32,000 bases of DNA from Candidatus Saccharimonadota bacterium. GTDB lineage: Bacteria; Patescibacteriota; Saccharimonadia; Saccharimonadales; Saccharimonadaceae. Below the pieces are notes generated by a model. It ran no database searches. It worked only from the letters and a program-made list of their open reading frames with translations, and was not told where the DNA came from. Every line of letters begins with the position of its first letter. Positions within the stretch are counted from its first letter, which is position 1. The stretch is taken from contig JAIUPJ010000001.1 in NCBI GenBank assembly GCA_020160975.1, positions 510,001 through 542,000 of the forward strand. Direction: 5' to 3'. A program made the position numbers and the translations under genes. Shown here piece after piece: positions 23,896 to 32,000 of the stretch.

Positions 23896-23948
23896 TTACA
23901 ATCTATTGTAGAAAATGCCTTGTCCATAAAAGGTGGAAAATACAACAC

Positions 23949-24956
23949 CTAATATCCATCGGGATTTTGCGACTGCCACCGCCAACTGTCTGCGCAGGCA
24001 TCATCGATAGTCTTTGTGGCTTTCCAGTCTAGTTCGCGAGTGGCCTTTTCAGGGCTTGCATAACAGCTGGCGATATCACCTGGTCGACGATCGACGATTT
24101 GATAAGGAATTTCCTTGCCTGCTGCTTTGCCAAATGCAGTGATGAGTTCGAGTACAGATGTTCCTTTGCCGGTACCGAGATTGTATGTAACGACTCCGGG
24201 ATGCGAGTGGTCAATCGCCGCGACGTGCCCGCGTGCAAGGTCGACAACATGGATATAGTCACGCACACCAGTGCCGTCCGCAGTGTCATAGTTGTCTCCG
24301 AATACACTGACTTTTTCGCGCTTACCGACGGCAGTTTGTGCGACATAAGGAAGAAGATTGTTTGGGATGTCCGAAGGGTCTTCACCAATGAGGCCACTTT
24401 CATGTGCACCAACGGGGTTGAAGTAGCGCAGAATTGTGACTTCAAGACTAGGTTCTGCGGCAGTGGTGTCGCGCAAAATGATCTCGTTCATATATTTTGT
24501 CCACCCGTAAGGGTTTGTGATACCAATCCCGACACGACTTTCCTCAGTAAGCGGAAGCTCTTTTGGTTCACCATAGACGGTTGCAGATGAACTAAAGACT
24601 ATTTTATTGACCGAGTGCTTTTGCATCACTTCGAGTAGTGAAAGAGTTGAGTCGAGATTGTTTCGGTAGTATTCGACGGGCTTTGCAACGGATTCGCCAA
24701 CAGATTTAAGGCCTGCAAAGTGAATGACTCCATCGATAGATTCTTTGGTAAATAATTCGTTAAGCTTAGTAGTATTACAGATATCAAATTCATAAAAGGG
24801 GATAGACGTGTTGGTGATTGACTCAACCCTTTTGAGTGCTTGTCTGGAGCTGTTTGACAAATTATCGACAACAACAATACTGTGACCTGCCGCAATGAGT
24901 TCAATCGCCGTATGAGTACCAATATACCCGGCCCCTCCTGTAAGTAGAATGTTCAT
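23949..24956 (-). CDS. galE: UDP-glucose 4-epimerase
   Basis: The sequence includes MNILLTGGAGYIGTHT, SSSATVYG, PYGWTKY and RYFNPVGAH. I chose the start at 24956. The ORF-track extension to 25091 is Arg/Ser-rich, non-homologous, and overlaps the divergent gene. Confidence 0.9.
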   Translation of the reverse strand: MNILLTGGAGYIGTHTAIELIAAGHSIVVVDNLSNSSRQALKRVESITNTSIPFYEFDICNTTKLNELFTKESIDGVIHFAGLKSVGESVAKPVEYYRNNLDSTLSLLEVMQKHSVNKIVFSSSATVYGEPKELPLTEESRVGIGITNPYGWTKYMNEIILRDTTAAEPSLEVTILRYFNPVGAHESGLIGEDPSDIPNNLLPYVAQTAVGKREKVSVFGDNYDTADGTGVRDYIHVVDLARGHVAAIDHSHPGVVTYNLGTGKGTSVLELITAFGKAAGKEIPYQIVDRRPGDIASCYASPEKATRELDWKATKTIDDACADSWRWQSQNPDGY

Positions 24957-24999
24957 ACCTATAGCATACAAACTATTATCCCTGTCCGTGTAGTAAGGC

Positions 25000-25008
25000 T
25001 GGTATAAT
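25000..25008 (+). promoter_or_regulatory. Extended -10 (TGgTATAAT), 8 nt upstream of ATG 25017
   Basis: The plus strand reads ggcTGgTATAATctaaatgtATG. Confidence 0.55.
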
Positions 25009-25016
25009 CTAAATGT

Positions 25017-26060
25017 ATGATTACTGTCATTATTGCTGGAGGATCGGGAACGAGGTTGTGGCCGCTTTCGACTTCGACTAGGCCAAAACATCTCCTCGCG
25101 CTAACAGGTGAGCGAACCCTGGTGCAGCAAGCCTATGATCGCGCGAAGCTACTGGGTGATATCGTGTATGTCGTGACCGAGGCAAGCCATGCTGCCGATC
25201 TGCGAGCACAACTACCCGAGCTACCTGACGAAGCGTTTTTGATCGAAGCGGGTCGTCGGGGGACCGCACACTGTATTGTGTTTGCGCTAGATTATATTGC
25301 ACGCCACCACGACAAAGATGAGCCAGTGGCGTTTGTTCATTCTGACCATCATGTACGAGATACAAAAGGATTCAAGCGTTCATTTGCGGCAGCGGCTCGT
25401 GCGTCAACCGATGGCCAAATGATAGCGCTCATTGGTATAGAGCCGACATTTCCGTCGACGGGCTTGGGCTATATCGAGCGCGACGGAGCTATCGATGAAG
25501 CAGCAGGTATTTACCGAGTCGGATCGTTTAAGGAGAAGCCCGACTTTGAGACGGCTCAGCGCTATGTCGAGTCAGGAAATTATTTGTGGAACTGTGGCTA
25601 TTTTGTGGGGTCTGTGAATGTGTTCTTACGTGAGATGGCAGGCAGCGCCCCAGAGCTGACGGCGCATTACCAGAGGCTAAACGATGTGGCTGAGTTTGGC
25701 GGATATGAGTACAATGAAGTCTATTTGTCGCTCGACAACCAAGTGATCGATATCGCCCTGATAGAAAAGGCCTCACATCTAGCGGTGGTCTCGGCGGCAT
25801 TTGACTGGATGGATATTGGCAACTTCAAAGACTTGCATGAAGCAGTCCAGCGAGATAAAAACGACAACTATATGAAGGGCGAAAATATTCATGCGATTGA
25901 TGTCGAGAATGTTTATGTGCGCAATGAAGAGTCAGGTAAGCCAGTAGCGGTCATTGGACTTGATAACGTGGTGGTGATAAACACACCAGACGGCATACTC
26001 GTCGCTCGCAAAGACGTCAGTGCAAAATGCGGTGACATCGCCAAAAAATTACAAAACTAA
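25017..26060 (+). CDS. Mannose-1-phosphate guanylyltransferase-like sugar nucleotidyltransferase (no C-terminal isomerase domain)
   Basis: The sequence includes [18 protein letters not shown]...PKHLL, GIEPTFPSTGLGYIE, FKEKPD and YLWNCGYFV. Confidence 0.8.
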   Translation: MITVIIAGGSGTRLWPLSTSTRPKHLLALTGERTLVQQAYDRAKLLGDIVYVVTEASHAADLRAQLPELPDEAFLIEAGRRGTAHCIVFALDYIARHHDKDEPVAFVHSDHHVRDTKGFKRSFAAAARASTDGQMIALIGIEPTFPSTGLGYIERDGAIDEAAGIYRVGSFKEKPDFETAQRYVESGNYLWNCGYFVGSVNVFLREMAGSAPELTAHYQRLNDVAEFGGYEYNEVYLSLDNQVIDIALIEKASHLAVVSAAFDWMDIGNFKDLHEAVQRDKNDNYMKGENIHAIDVENVYVRNEESGKPVAVIGLDNVVVINTPDGILVARKDVSAKCGDIAKKLQN

Positions 26061-27178
26061 CTCGGTGTATTGTCTGTAACAACTTTTCGTAGCTTAGTGA
26101 CGAAGAGTGATGTATCGAAGCGCTTGGCGTGGCGCTGTAGTTTGCTTGGGAAAAAGGTCGTGGCTTCAGCCCGGTGGATGGCCGCTATGACGTCGTCGAC
26201 TGTTTGGCGGTCAAACAAGACACCAGTCTCACCATCGGTGACGATGTCGCGTGTGCCGGCTTTTGCATACCCAATGACTGGTGCGCCAGCAGCGAGCGCT
26301 TCGACGCTGACTATACCGAAGTCTTCATCTGACGGGAAGACAAACCCTTTTGCGGCGTTTAGTGCGCTTTCAACTGCCTGGTCTGATGCGTCGCCGAAGC
26401 GATCGGTATAGAACTGAATAGTTGGACCAGCCCGACGCACCAGGTTTTCGTGCATTTCACCGCGTCCAAATACCTTGAGGGGGATGCCGAGTTTTGTGCA
26501 GGCATCAACTGCCAGGTCAAATCGTTTGTTGGGTAATTGACGACCAAGTGTCACATAATAATCTCCGCGTGTGCGTTTGGGAGAAAATCGCTTTGTGTCG
26601 ACGGGTGGATGGATAACGGTGGAGTTTTTCTTGTAGTATTTTTTGATACGAGATTGAGTTTCAGTGGAATTTGCGATGAAAACATCAACCTGCTGGGCGG
26701 CCTCGAAGTCGAGTTTTCTCTGCTTGGGCACGAGGATACTCATCATCAATCGAATCAACGGATTGAGCCAGCCGAAGCCAGGCTCTTTGCGGTAGAGCTC
26801 GTAGTGACTCCAGTAGTAACGGGCGGGAGTATGGCAATAGGAGATAAGCACCTGGTCGGGACGCGTCTTGCGGACTTGGTTGGCATTGAGGTAGCTGCTG
26901 GTGAGAATGATATCGAACTCGCTAAGATCGAAATCGCGAAAAGCTTTGACGCCAAGAGTAGGAAAGAAGCGGTGATTTTGACGCAATAGTTTTGGTAGGC
27001 GTTGCAGGCGACTCGTGCGAACGTCGGCTGTGTTTAGCGGAGGAATTTTCTCTGGGCTGTAAAGAGCAGTGTAGATCGGCGCATCGGGAAATATCTCATG
27101 CATTGCTACTACTACATTTTCGGCTCCCCCCATGGTAGTGAGGAAGTCGCAGACGATGGCGATCTTTGGTTGCTTCAT
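26057..27178 (-). CDS. Glycosyltransferase family 4
   Basis: The sequence includes KIAIVCDFLTTMGGAENVV and FVFPSDEDFGIVSVEALAAGAPVIGYAKAGTRDIV. I prefer the start at 27178 because a TATAAT box lies 7 nt upstream. The ORF track begins at 27187. Confidence 0.85.
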   Translation of the reverse strand: MKQPKIAIVCDFLTTMGGAENVVVAMHEIFPDAPIYTALYSPEKIPPLNTADVRTSRLQRLPKLLRQNHRFFPTLGVKAFRDFDLSEFDIILTSSYLNANQVRKTRPDQVLISYCHTPARYYWSHYELYRKEPGFGWLNPLIRLMMSILVPKQRKLDFEAAQQVDVFIANSTETQSRIKKYYKKNSTVIHPPVDTKRFSPKRTRGDYYVTLGRQLPNKRFDLAVDACTKLGIPLKVFGRGEMHENLVRRAGPTIQFYTDRFGDASDQAVESALNAAKGFVFPSDEDFGIVSVEALAAGAPVIGYAKAGTRDIVTDGETGVLFDRQTVDDVIAAIHRAEATTFFPSKLQRHAKRFDTSLFVTKLRKVVTDNTPS

Positions 27179-27185
27179 TAGTACC

Positions 27186-27191
27186 ATTATA
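27186..27191 (-). promoter_or_regulatory. -10 hexamer TATAAT, 7 nt upstream of ATG 27178
   Basis: The minus strand reads agaggTATAATggtactaATG. The ATG at 27187 is part of the hexamer. Confidence 0.5.
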
Positions 27192-27272
27192 CCTCTATAA
27201 AGTGGCTATGCTTGCAAATACCTCTCCGATGCCCTACAACCAGTAGCAACTAATCTTTTGTGAGGAAGAAAT

Positions 27273-30101
27273 ATGCGGTATAGAACTGTTGTAGGATGGG
27301 TGGTTGCAGTAAGCGCGATGGTATGTGTCCAGAGCGCGACGACACTGGCGTGGAGCAAAGAAGGAACGATGATAGCTGCTCAGCCCTACGACATTAGCGC
27401 TTATATGAATGAGATCGATCAGCCGATGACGACGATTCGGCTCATGGGTCAGGATGAGCAAATCCGCAGCGTACCGGCTCGCGTGTATGAAGGAAAGTCA
27501 GTGAAGATAGCTCAGATACCAGTCATTGGCGGCTGGGCGATACTAACTGGTACTGACTCGATATATCGACAGCTGCAAGGAGTAATGAACGGTGGTGGGG
27601 TGATGGTAATAAATGGTACGAATACACTGGTGTTTCCGGTAATCGGTACCGCCATGGATGGATTTAATATAAGGATTGCGAAAGACATCACTCAAGCTCT
27701 TTCGCCAAATTATGGACCGCATAGAGTCCTTGTGTCGTATGGCATAAAGCCCGAGCGTACTGAATATTGGCTGCAGTATACTGACAGTGCTGGAATAATA
27801 CGCTATCCCTATGTCTACAATATCGTTTATTCTGCTAACCAACGCTTTGCTGTATTCTGGCTGAACTGGGAGCAATTTGTGCGGGTAGACTTTTCGACCG
27901 GCGAGTCAAAAGTATTTTTTGCCGCAAGAGGCGCTTGGTATGACGGTATTTATGCTCGGAGAGCTAGTGCGATTACAAATGATGGACGGTATGTATTTAT
28001 GGATGATGGGACGCTTGCTGTTGAGATACAGCCAACGTGCGGATTTACTATAGACCCAAGCGTTTTCAATGGAAGCGTCGATGGAAATTATGTCCAGTGT
28101 CCGATACATGAATATCAAGTGCAACCGGTAGCTGGATATCAGGGTCGACATCAATATTTTCGCTTGGCAGCCGACGAGCAAATCGCAACCTACCTGATGA
28201 CATCGTACCCCCATACTAGCGACCCTCATGTTCCAACAAAAGTGACATTGACCACGAAAGCTTCTGAGGCAAATAAAGTATCGTATCTTGCGCTTGGCGA
28301 CTCATACAGTAGCGGAGAGGGTGATACGGAGATAAATCCAGCGACCAAGAAGAAATATTATTTGGCTGGCACAGACCGAGAAGCATCGACGCTTTTTCCG
28401 CGCGAGAAGTGCCATATTAGTAGTCGGTCCTATCCTTTTTTGCTGGGGAGTTTTATGCAGGTGAGAGATGATACGTATTCGGTAGCCTGTAGCGGAGCCA
28501 TGATTGACGACATGAATGGCAATAGTGAGTACTGGGGGCAGCAACAAGAGAATGGTTTGGGAAGACTGACTGGGATAGCTAGTACAGTACAGCTGAGGGA
28601 AGAGGCTATGAATGATTTTATTCCAGGACGAGTGAGGCAAGTCGAGCTTGTGAAGAAATATAAGCCCGAGGCGATTACGATAACTGCAGGAGGGAATGAT
28701 GCGCAGTTTAGTAAAGTTATTCGAACTTGTGTAAACATAGATCCAACTAGAGACTGGACACCGACCTGTTACTTCGCCGACTCAGCTGCAGGTCGTGAAG
28801 CGCTTCGTAATTTTGTAGCTAATCAGTATGAGCCGCTCAAGAAACTTTACGCAGCACTTCACGATGCCAGTCCAACGACAAAGATTTATGTCCTCGGCTA
28901 CCCGCAGTTTATCAATGCAGATGCGGCAGATAATCAGTGTAAACCGAATGTGCGTTTAAACAAAGCAGAACGAATAATGATTCGCGAAAGTGTTGACTAC
29001 ATGAACACCGTCATAAAAAACGCTGCTTCATCTGCAGGAGTGAATTATGTCGATGTGTCGAGTGCCCTTGTCGGACATAAACTGTGTGATAGTAGTGACA
29101 ATGAAGGACAAATCTATGTCACGGGAATCGCACTAAACGGTCTCAGTGAAGCACAAGAGAGCTATCACCCGAACGATGGTGGCCACATTATGATAGCAAA
29201 TGCAGTGAAGCGTGCCACGAACAATCAATCATTACGTGCCTTCAGCTATTGTGTAAATGGGGCGACGATTTGCCCCGACAGTAGCGTCGAAGCGCCAGCA
29301 ACTCCTCAGTACTTCGAGGCTTCCACAAAAAAGAATACACAGATAGTTCCTATCATCCCGACAACAGGCAAACGTGGCACCGACCTTGTGGCAGTCGCTG
29401 CTCCTGGCACACTCCAGGCGAGTAGTGCGGTAAGAGTTACGTTGTATTCGCGTGAATATCGGTTGCCTGATATTGTAGCGACGAACGAAGGCGGGGTGCA
29501 GGGAGCTATTCGTATCCCTGCGGATATTGAACCAGGCTTTCATACCATGGTCTTTTCAGGCACCTCACCATCGGGGGAGCCGGTAGATATCATCAACTTT
29601 GTCGAACTATATGCCAGTGAGAATGACAAAGACGGCGATGGTGTTCTCGATACGTCTGACCAGTGCTTATACGCGGTTCCAATTGGAGTAGATGAAGATA
29701 AAGACGGTATCGATGATGGTTGTGACGCATATATAGGTAAGGCACCCGAAACTCCTCCTGAAGCTATAGTTTCAGGTGAAGGATTGGCGCCTGCATCAGC
29801 TACGACACAACTACTCGCCAACAAGCAGTCCCTTATTTTTCCGGATGTACGCCCCATCTCTTCCGTGCCACTATCGTTTACTCAGCAGCTTATGGGTGAC
29901 GGTGTTAATAATGGTAATCAGGTACCTGGGATGCAGAAAGAGATACAGAAGCATTTTCCTCAGTTAGAGAGTGGTTCGTTGATACGCCAAGACCAAAAAG
30001 AAAATGATGACATGATGACTGTCCTCTTTTTTGCATCTATAGGTATAGTGGGTGCTCTTGGTTTTCTTATTGGTCGACTTGTCTCGAAAATACGCGTATA
30101 A
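27273..30101 (+). CDS. Large exported SGNH/GDSL hydrolase with an unknown N-terminal region, thrombospondin-type-3-like Asp-rich repeats and a C-terminal membrane anchor
   Basis: GAGGAAG lies upstream and a signal sequence is present. SGNH block I is YLALGDSYSSGEG, block III is ITAGGNDA and block V is SYHPNDGGH. The Asp-rich repeats are DKDGDGVLDTSDQC and DEDKDGIDDGCD. The final helix is VLFFASIGIVGALGFLIGRLVSKIRV. Confidence 0.75.
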   Translation: MRYRTVVGWVVAVSAMVCVQSATTLAWSKEGTMIAAQPYDISAYMNEIDQPMTTIRLMGQDEQIRSVPARVYEGKSVKIAQIPVIGGWAILTGTDSIYRQLQGVMNGGGVMVINGTNTLVFPVIGTAMDGFNIRIAKDITQALSPNYGPHRVLVSYGIKPERTEYWLQYTDSAGIIRYPYVYNIVYSANQRFAVFWLNWEQFVRVDFSTGESKVFFAARGAWYDGIYARRASAITNDGRYVFMDDGTLAVEIQPTCGFTIDPSVFNGSVDGNYVQCPIHEYQVQPVAGYQGRHQYFRLAADEQIATYLMTSYPHTSDPHVPTKVTLTTKASEANKVSYLALGDSYSSGEGDTEINPATKKKYYLAGTDREASTLFPREKCHISSRSYPFLLGSFMQVRDDTYSVACSGAMIDDMNGNSEYWGQQQENGLGRLTGIASTVQLREEAMNDFIPGRVRQVELVKKYKPEAITITAGGNDAQFSKVIRTCVNIDPTRDWTPTCYFADSAAGREALRNFVANQYEPLKKLYAALHDASPTTKIYVLGYPQFINADAADNQCKPNVRLNKAERIMIRESVDYMNTVIKNAASSAGVNYVDVSSALVGHKLCDSSDNEGQIYVTGIALNGLSEAQESYHPNDGGHIMIANAVKRATNNQSLRAFSYCVNGATICPDSSVEAPATPQYFEASTKKNTQIVPIIPTTGKRGTDLVAVAAPGTLQASSAVRVTLYSREYRLPDIVATNEGGVQGAIRIPADIEPGFHTMVFSGTSPSGEPVDIINFVELYASENDKDGDGVLDTSDQCLYAVPIGVDEDKDGIDDGCDAYIGKAPETPPEAIVSGEGLAPASATTQLLANKQSLIFPDVRPISSVPLSFTQQLMGDGVNNGNQVPGMQKEIQKHFPQLESGSLIRQDQKENDDMMTVLFFASIGIVGALGFLIGRLVSKIRV

Positions 30102-30102
30102 T
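30097..30102 (+). promoter_or_regulatory. -10 hexamer TATAAT, 7 nt upstream of ATG 30110
   Basis: The plus strand reads cgcgTATAATttctggcATG. The hexamer contains the TAA stop codon of the SGNH gene. Confidence 0.45.
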
Positions 30103-30109
30103 TTCTGGC

Positions 30110-30478
30110 ATGACAGCGCAAGAAAAAAAGAAACTGACGCAGTCGCCAACTAGCGGCAATAAGCAGGGTTCGATAATGGCTGGTATTGTAATAGGGTGGT
30201 CAGTATTATGGTTACTGGGAATCCCACAGCACTCGTATTACTTTGTGCGATGCGGGGGAAGGCTGCCAATACAGCACACATCTAGTATGATTGCGGGGTT
30301 TGCGGCAGGTCGAGACGATGGATATCTCTTACCTTCAGACTTTCAGTACTACCATCCACCTTATCTGTGGACAACAAGCTTCTATTGTAGCGAGCAGGAT
30401 GCGCTAAATGATGGTGTAGCGCCTGACCCGATGTCGGCATCGTATCGACTATATAAAGATGATCCGCGAGTTAAGTAA
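30110..30478 (+). CDS. Small single-pass membrane protein, function unknown
   Basis: The 122-aa ORF contains one TM helix (IMAGIVIGWSVLWLLGI). A TATAAT box at 30097-30102 lies exactly 7 nt upstream of the ATG. I recognised no homology. Confidence 0.5.
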   Translation: MTAQEKKKLTQSPTSGNKQGSIMAGIVIGWSVLWLLGIPQHSYYFVRCGGRLPIQHTSSMIAGFAAGRDDGYLLPSDFQYYHPPYLWTTSFYCSEQDALNDGVAPDPMSASYRLYKDDPRVK

Positions 30479-31915
30479 TTATTTCGCGCCGGTTTTTCGC
30501 AGTACGACACCAATTGTCTTAAATAAAATTCGTAGATCGAGCCAAAAGCTCCAGTTTTGAGCATAGTAGAGCTCGAGCTCTACGCGCTGGCTAAAGGCCA
30601 GGTCGCTACGACCCGATACCTGCCAAAGGCCTGTTACCCCAGGGCGGACACTGAACAGAAGCGGCGCACGGTCGCTATAAAACTTCTTTTCCTCCTTGAT
30701 GATAGGCCGAGGGCCGACGAGGCTCATATCGCCTTTTATGACATTGAGGATTTGAGCTACTTCGTCGAGTGAAGTCGCGCGGAGGAACTTACCAAACTTA
30801 GTTATTCGTGGGTCATTTTCGATTTTGCGGGTTTTTTCGTACTCGGCCGCGAGGTCTTCACGGCCCATCTCACGAAATATTGTCGCCGCATCGGCGCCAC
30901 AGTATTTCCAAATCATGGACCGAAACTTGTAAGTCTCGATTATTTCGCCATGAAGTCCGAGACGTGTACTCATGAAAAAGATAGGGCCAGGGTTGAAAAT
31001 CTTTTGAGCGATTGCGAGCAGGCCAAATAATGGAATCCAGAATATTGATGTAATTAAGACTACAAAGACGTCGAAGAAGCGTTTGAGGATTGCCCCCCAT
31101 CCAATCAACGGTGTCTGGCTCACGGTGATCATTGGGTAACCAAGGAAGACATCGACCGTGTTTTTGCCAGTGTAGAATTCGGGCTCGCCCGGAATGAAAT
31201 TGTACTGGATGTGACTAGTCTGGGCCGCACCCAAAATCAAGTGATTGCGATCCTCGCTGTCGTAGAGATCGGTCTGAATAATTGTCGTGATGCGTAATTT
31301 CTTGATGTCCTTGAGTGCTGCCTCTACGCGAGAATAATGTATGACGCCGAGGTGTGCAGGTAGCAAGCGGGCAGGCCCGGCGTAGGCAACGACTTGGTAG
31401 CCAGACTTGTGGTCACTGGCAAGAGAGTCGATGATATCGGTAGTGGCTGCAGAATTACCAATCACCATCACCCGGCTCACCCCACGCCCATATCGGTACA
31501 TTTCGTTTCGCACATCGCGGATAATTTCGCGCACAAGCATGATGGCAGCGGTTGAACCCAGCAAAACGTAAAGGGCAACCAGCCTCGCGGGAAAGATGTG
31601 AATATTGGTAGCATACTCCCAGCCAATCACCAGCAAGATACCTATGAACGTGCCAAGCATTATCCGGCTCCATTCGACGAGGCGACGACTATAGATATTG
31701 CTGCTGTAGAGACCGAGCGTAGCAAAAATCATAATCCAAACGGGTGCGATGATGACAAATCCTATCATGTATTCCATGGCATAGACGGTGTGAAGGAGCG
31801 CGCGTGGGTCGAGTTGTGTGCGGACAAAGTAGGCGATGGCGAAGACGCCAGCAAGAACCAGGATGTCTGCTGCCATCAGCACGAGACTATAGAACTTGGT
31901 GTTTTTAGAAGGCAT
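30479..31915 (-). CDS. Polyprenyl-phosphate glycosylphosphotransferase (WbaP/EpsE-type initiating sugar transferase)
   Basis: Multiple TM segments occupy the N-terminus. The C-terminal Bac_transf motifs are KRFFDVFVVLI...PGPIFF...YKFRSM...DPRITKFGKFLRATSLDEVAQILNVIKGDMSLVGPRP. Confidence 0.9.
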   Translation of the reverse strand: MPSKNTKFYSLVLMAADILVLAGVFAIAYFVRTQLDPRALLHTVYAMEYMIGFVIIAPVWIMIFATLGLYSSNIYSRRLVEWSRIMLGTFIGILLVIGWEYATNIHIFPARLVALYVLLGSTAAIMLVREIIRDVRNEMYRYGRGVSRVMVIGNSAATTDIIDSLASDHKSGYQVVAYAGPARLLPAHLGVIHYSRVEAALKDIKKLRITTIIQTDLYDSEDRNHLILGAAQTSHIQYNFIPGEPEFYTGKNTVDVFLGYPMITVSQTPLIGWGAILKRFFDVFVVLITSIFWIPLFGLLAIAQKIFNPGPIFFMSTRLGLHGEIIETYKFRSMIWKYCGADAATIFREMGREDLAAEYEKTRKIENDPRITKFGKFLRATSLDEVAQILNVIKGDMSLVGPRPIIKEEKKFYSDRAPLLFSVRPGVTGLWQVSGRSDLAFSQRVELELYYAQNWSFWLDLRILFKTIGVVLRKTGAK

Positions 31916-31943
31916 AATGTGGTGGTATTATATCATTTTTCGC

Positions 31944-31949
31944 TACAAT
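31944..31949 (+). promoter_or_regulatory. -10-like hexamer TACAAT, 7 nt upstream of ATG 31957
   Basis: The plus strand reads cgcTACAATagagacaATG. Confidence 0.4.
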
Positions 31950-31956
31950 AGAGACA

Positions 31957-32000
31957 ATGAAGCACCTATCTCTGCCTCGTATCATTGCCGGCCTACTGCT
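31957..32000 (+). CDS. Possible 5' end of an exported protein (MKHLSLPRIIAGLL...), truncated by the window edge
   Basis: The ATG lies 7 nt after a TACAAT hexamer, and the first residues are hydrophobic. Only 14 codons are visible. Confidence 0.3.
   Translation, partial: MKHLSLPRIIAGLL

Noticed and set aside
23931-23950. A possible intrinsic terminator follows galE on the minus strand (AGGTG-10 nt loop-CACCT followed by TTTA).
   Set aside because: It has only a 5-bp stem, a large loop and just three T residues, and it overlaps the stop codon. This is too weak to call. The same is true of the 4-5 bp AT-rich stem at 20524-20539 and the CGAG/CTCG stem at 16671-16681.
24957-25091. The ORF track gives a 45-codon N-terminal extension of galE (MFWPSRSRKRPQPRSRSSS...).
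   Set aside because: The extension is non-homologous and Arg/Ser-rich. It would run across the divergent promoter and into the manC-like gene. The canonical GalE N-terminus MNILLTGGAGYIG begins at 24956.
29950-30101. The C-terminus of the SGNH protein could be a sortase (LPXTG-type) sorting signal.
   Set aside because: A hydrophobic helix and a basic tail are present, but no LPXTG-like motif lies immediately upstream. The nearest candidate, PQLESG, is about 17 residues upstream of the helix (about 12 before the MMT that precedes it) and does not fit. I treat the segment as a simple TM anchor.

Overview
This is a tightly packed bacterial chromosomal segment. Many junctions overlap or are under 25 nt, and the longest non-coding gap is about 190 bp. 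It opens with the housekeeping pair yidC (3' end) and jag/khpB. Next come lemA and a membrane protein that looks like a Tim44-like/DUF3137-like fusion. From about 2.8 kb to the end, the window is mostly one large cell-envelope glycan locus. That locus contains the dTDP-L-rhamnose genes (rmlB, a fused rmlC-rmlD, rmlA), galE and a manC-like nucleotidyltransferase. It also has a WbaP-type initiating phosphoglycosyltransferase, three GT2 and two GT4 glycosyltransferases, and a GtrB/GtrA-like polyprenol-phosphate-sugar pair. An 851-aa WbsX-like/RgpF-like (rhamnan synthesis F) protein is present as well. A six-gene, visibly AT-rich operon (8.5-14.1 kb) encodes the Wzm/Wzt ABC exporter, a methyltransferase, a hexapeptide acyltransferase, a DegT-type aminotransferase and a GT2 with a coiled-coil tail. 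Several genes interrupt the glycan genes. A sucC-sucD pair is translationally coupled to a GT2 gene. A divergently arranged group encodes three exported proteins: an anchored beta-sandwich protein, a repeat protein, and an M23 peptidase with FG-GAP blades. A 942-aa membrane-anchored SGNH hydrolase is also present. I found no rRNA, tRNA, CRISPR array, transposase or integrase, and no recognisable defence-system enzymes. The main sequence-level observations follow. (1) At least eight genes have a -10-like hexamer exactly 6-8 nt upstream of their ATG and no Shine-Dalgarno sequence, which suggests leaderless transcription. (2) GT2, sucC and sucD are translationally coupled. (3) The exporter operon forms a low-GC island and looks like a chain-terminating module. 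(4) There is a 59-bp perfect intragenic repeat, plus homopolymer tracts in surface genes. All protein-family calls come from reading motifs by eye; no database search was run. The taxon cannot be assigned from the sequence alone. The gene content fits a small-genome, monoderm-type bacterium.
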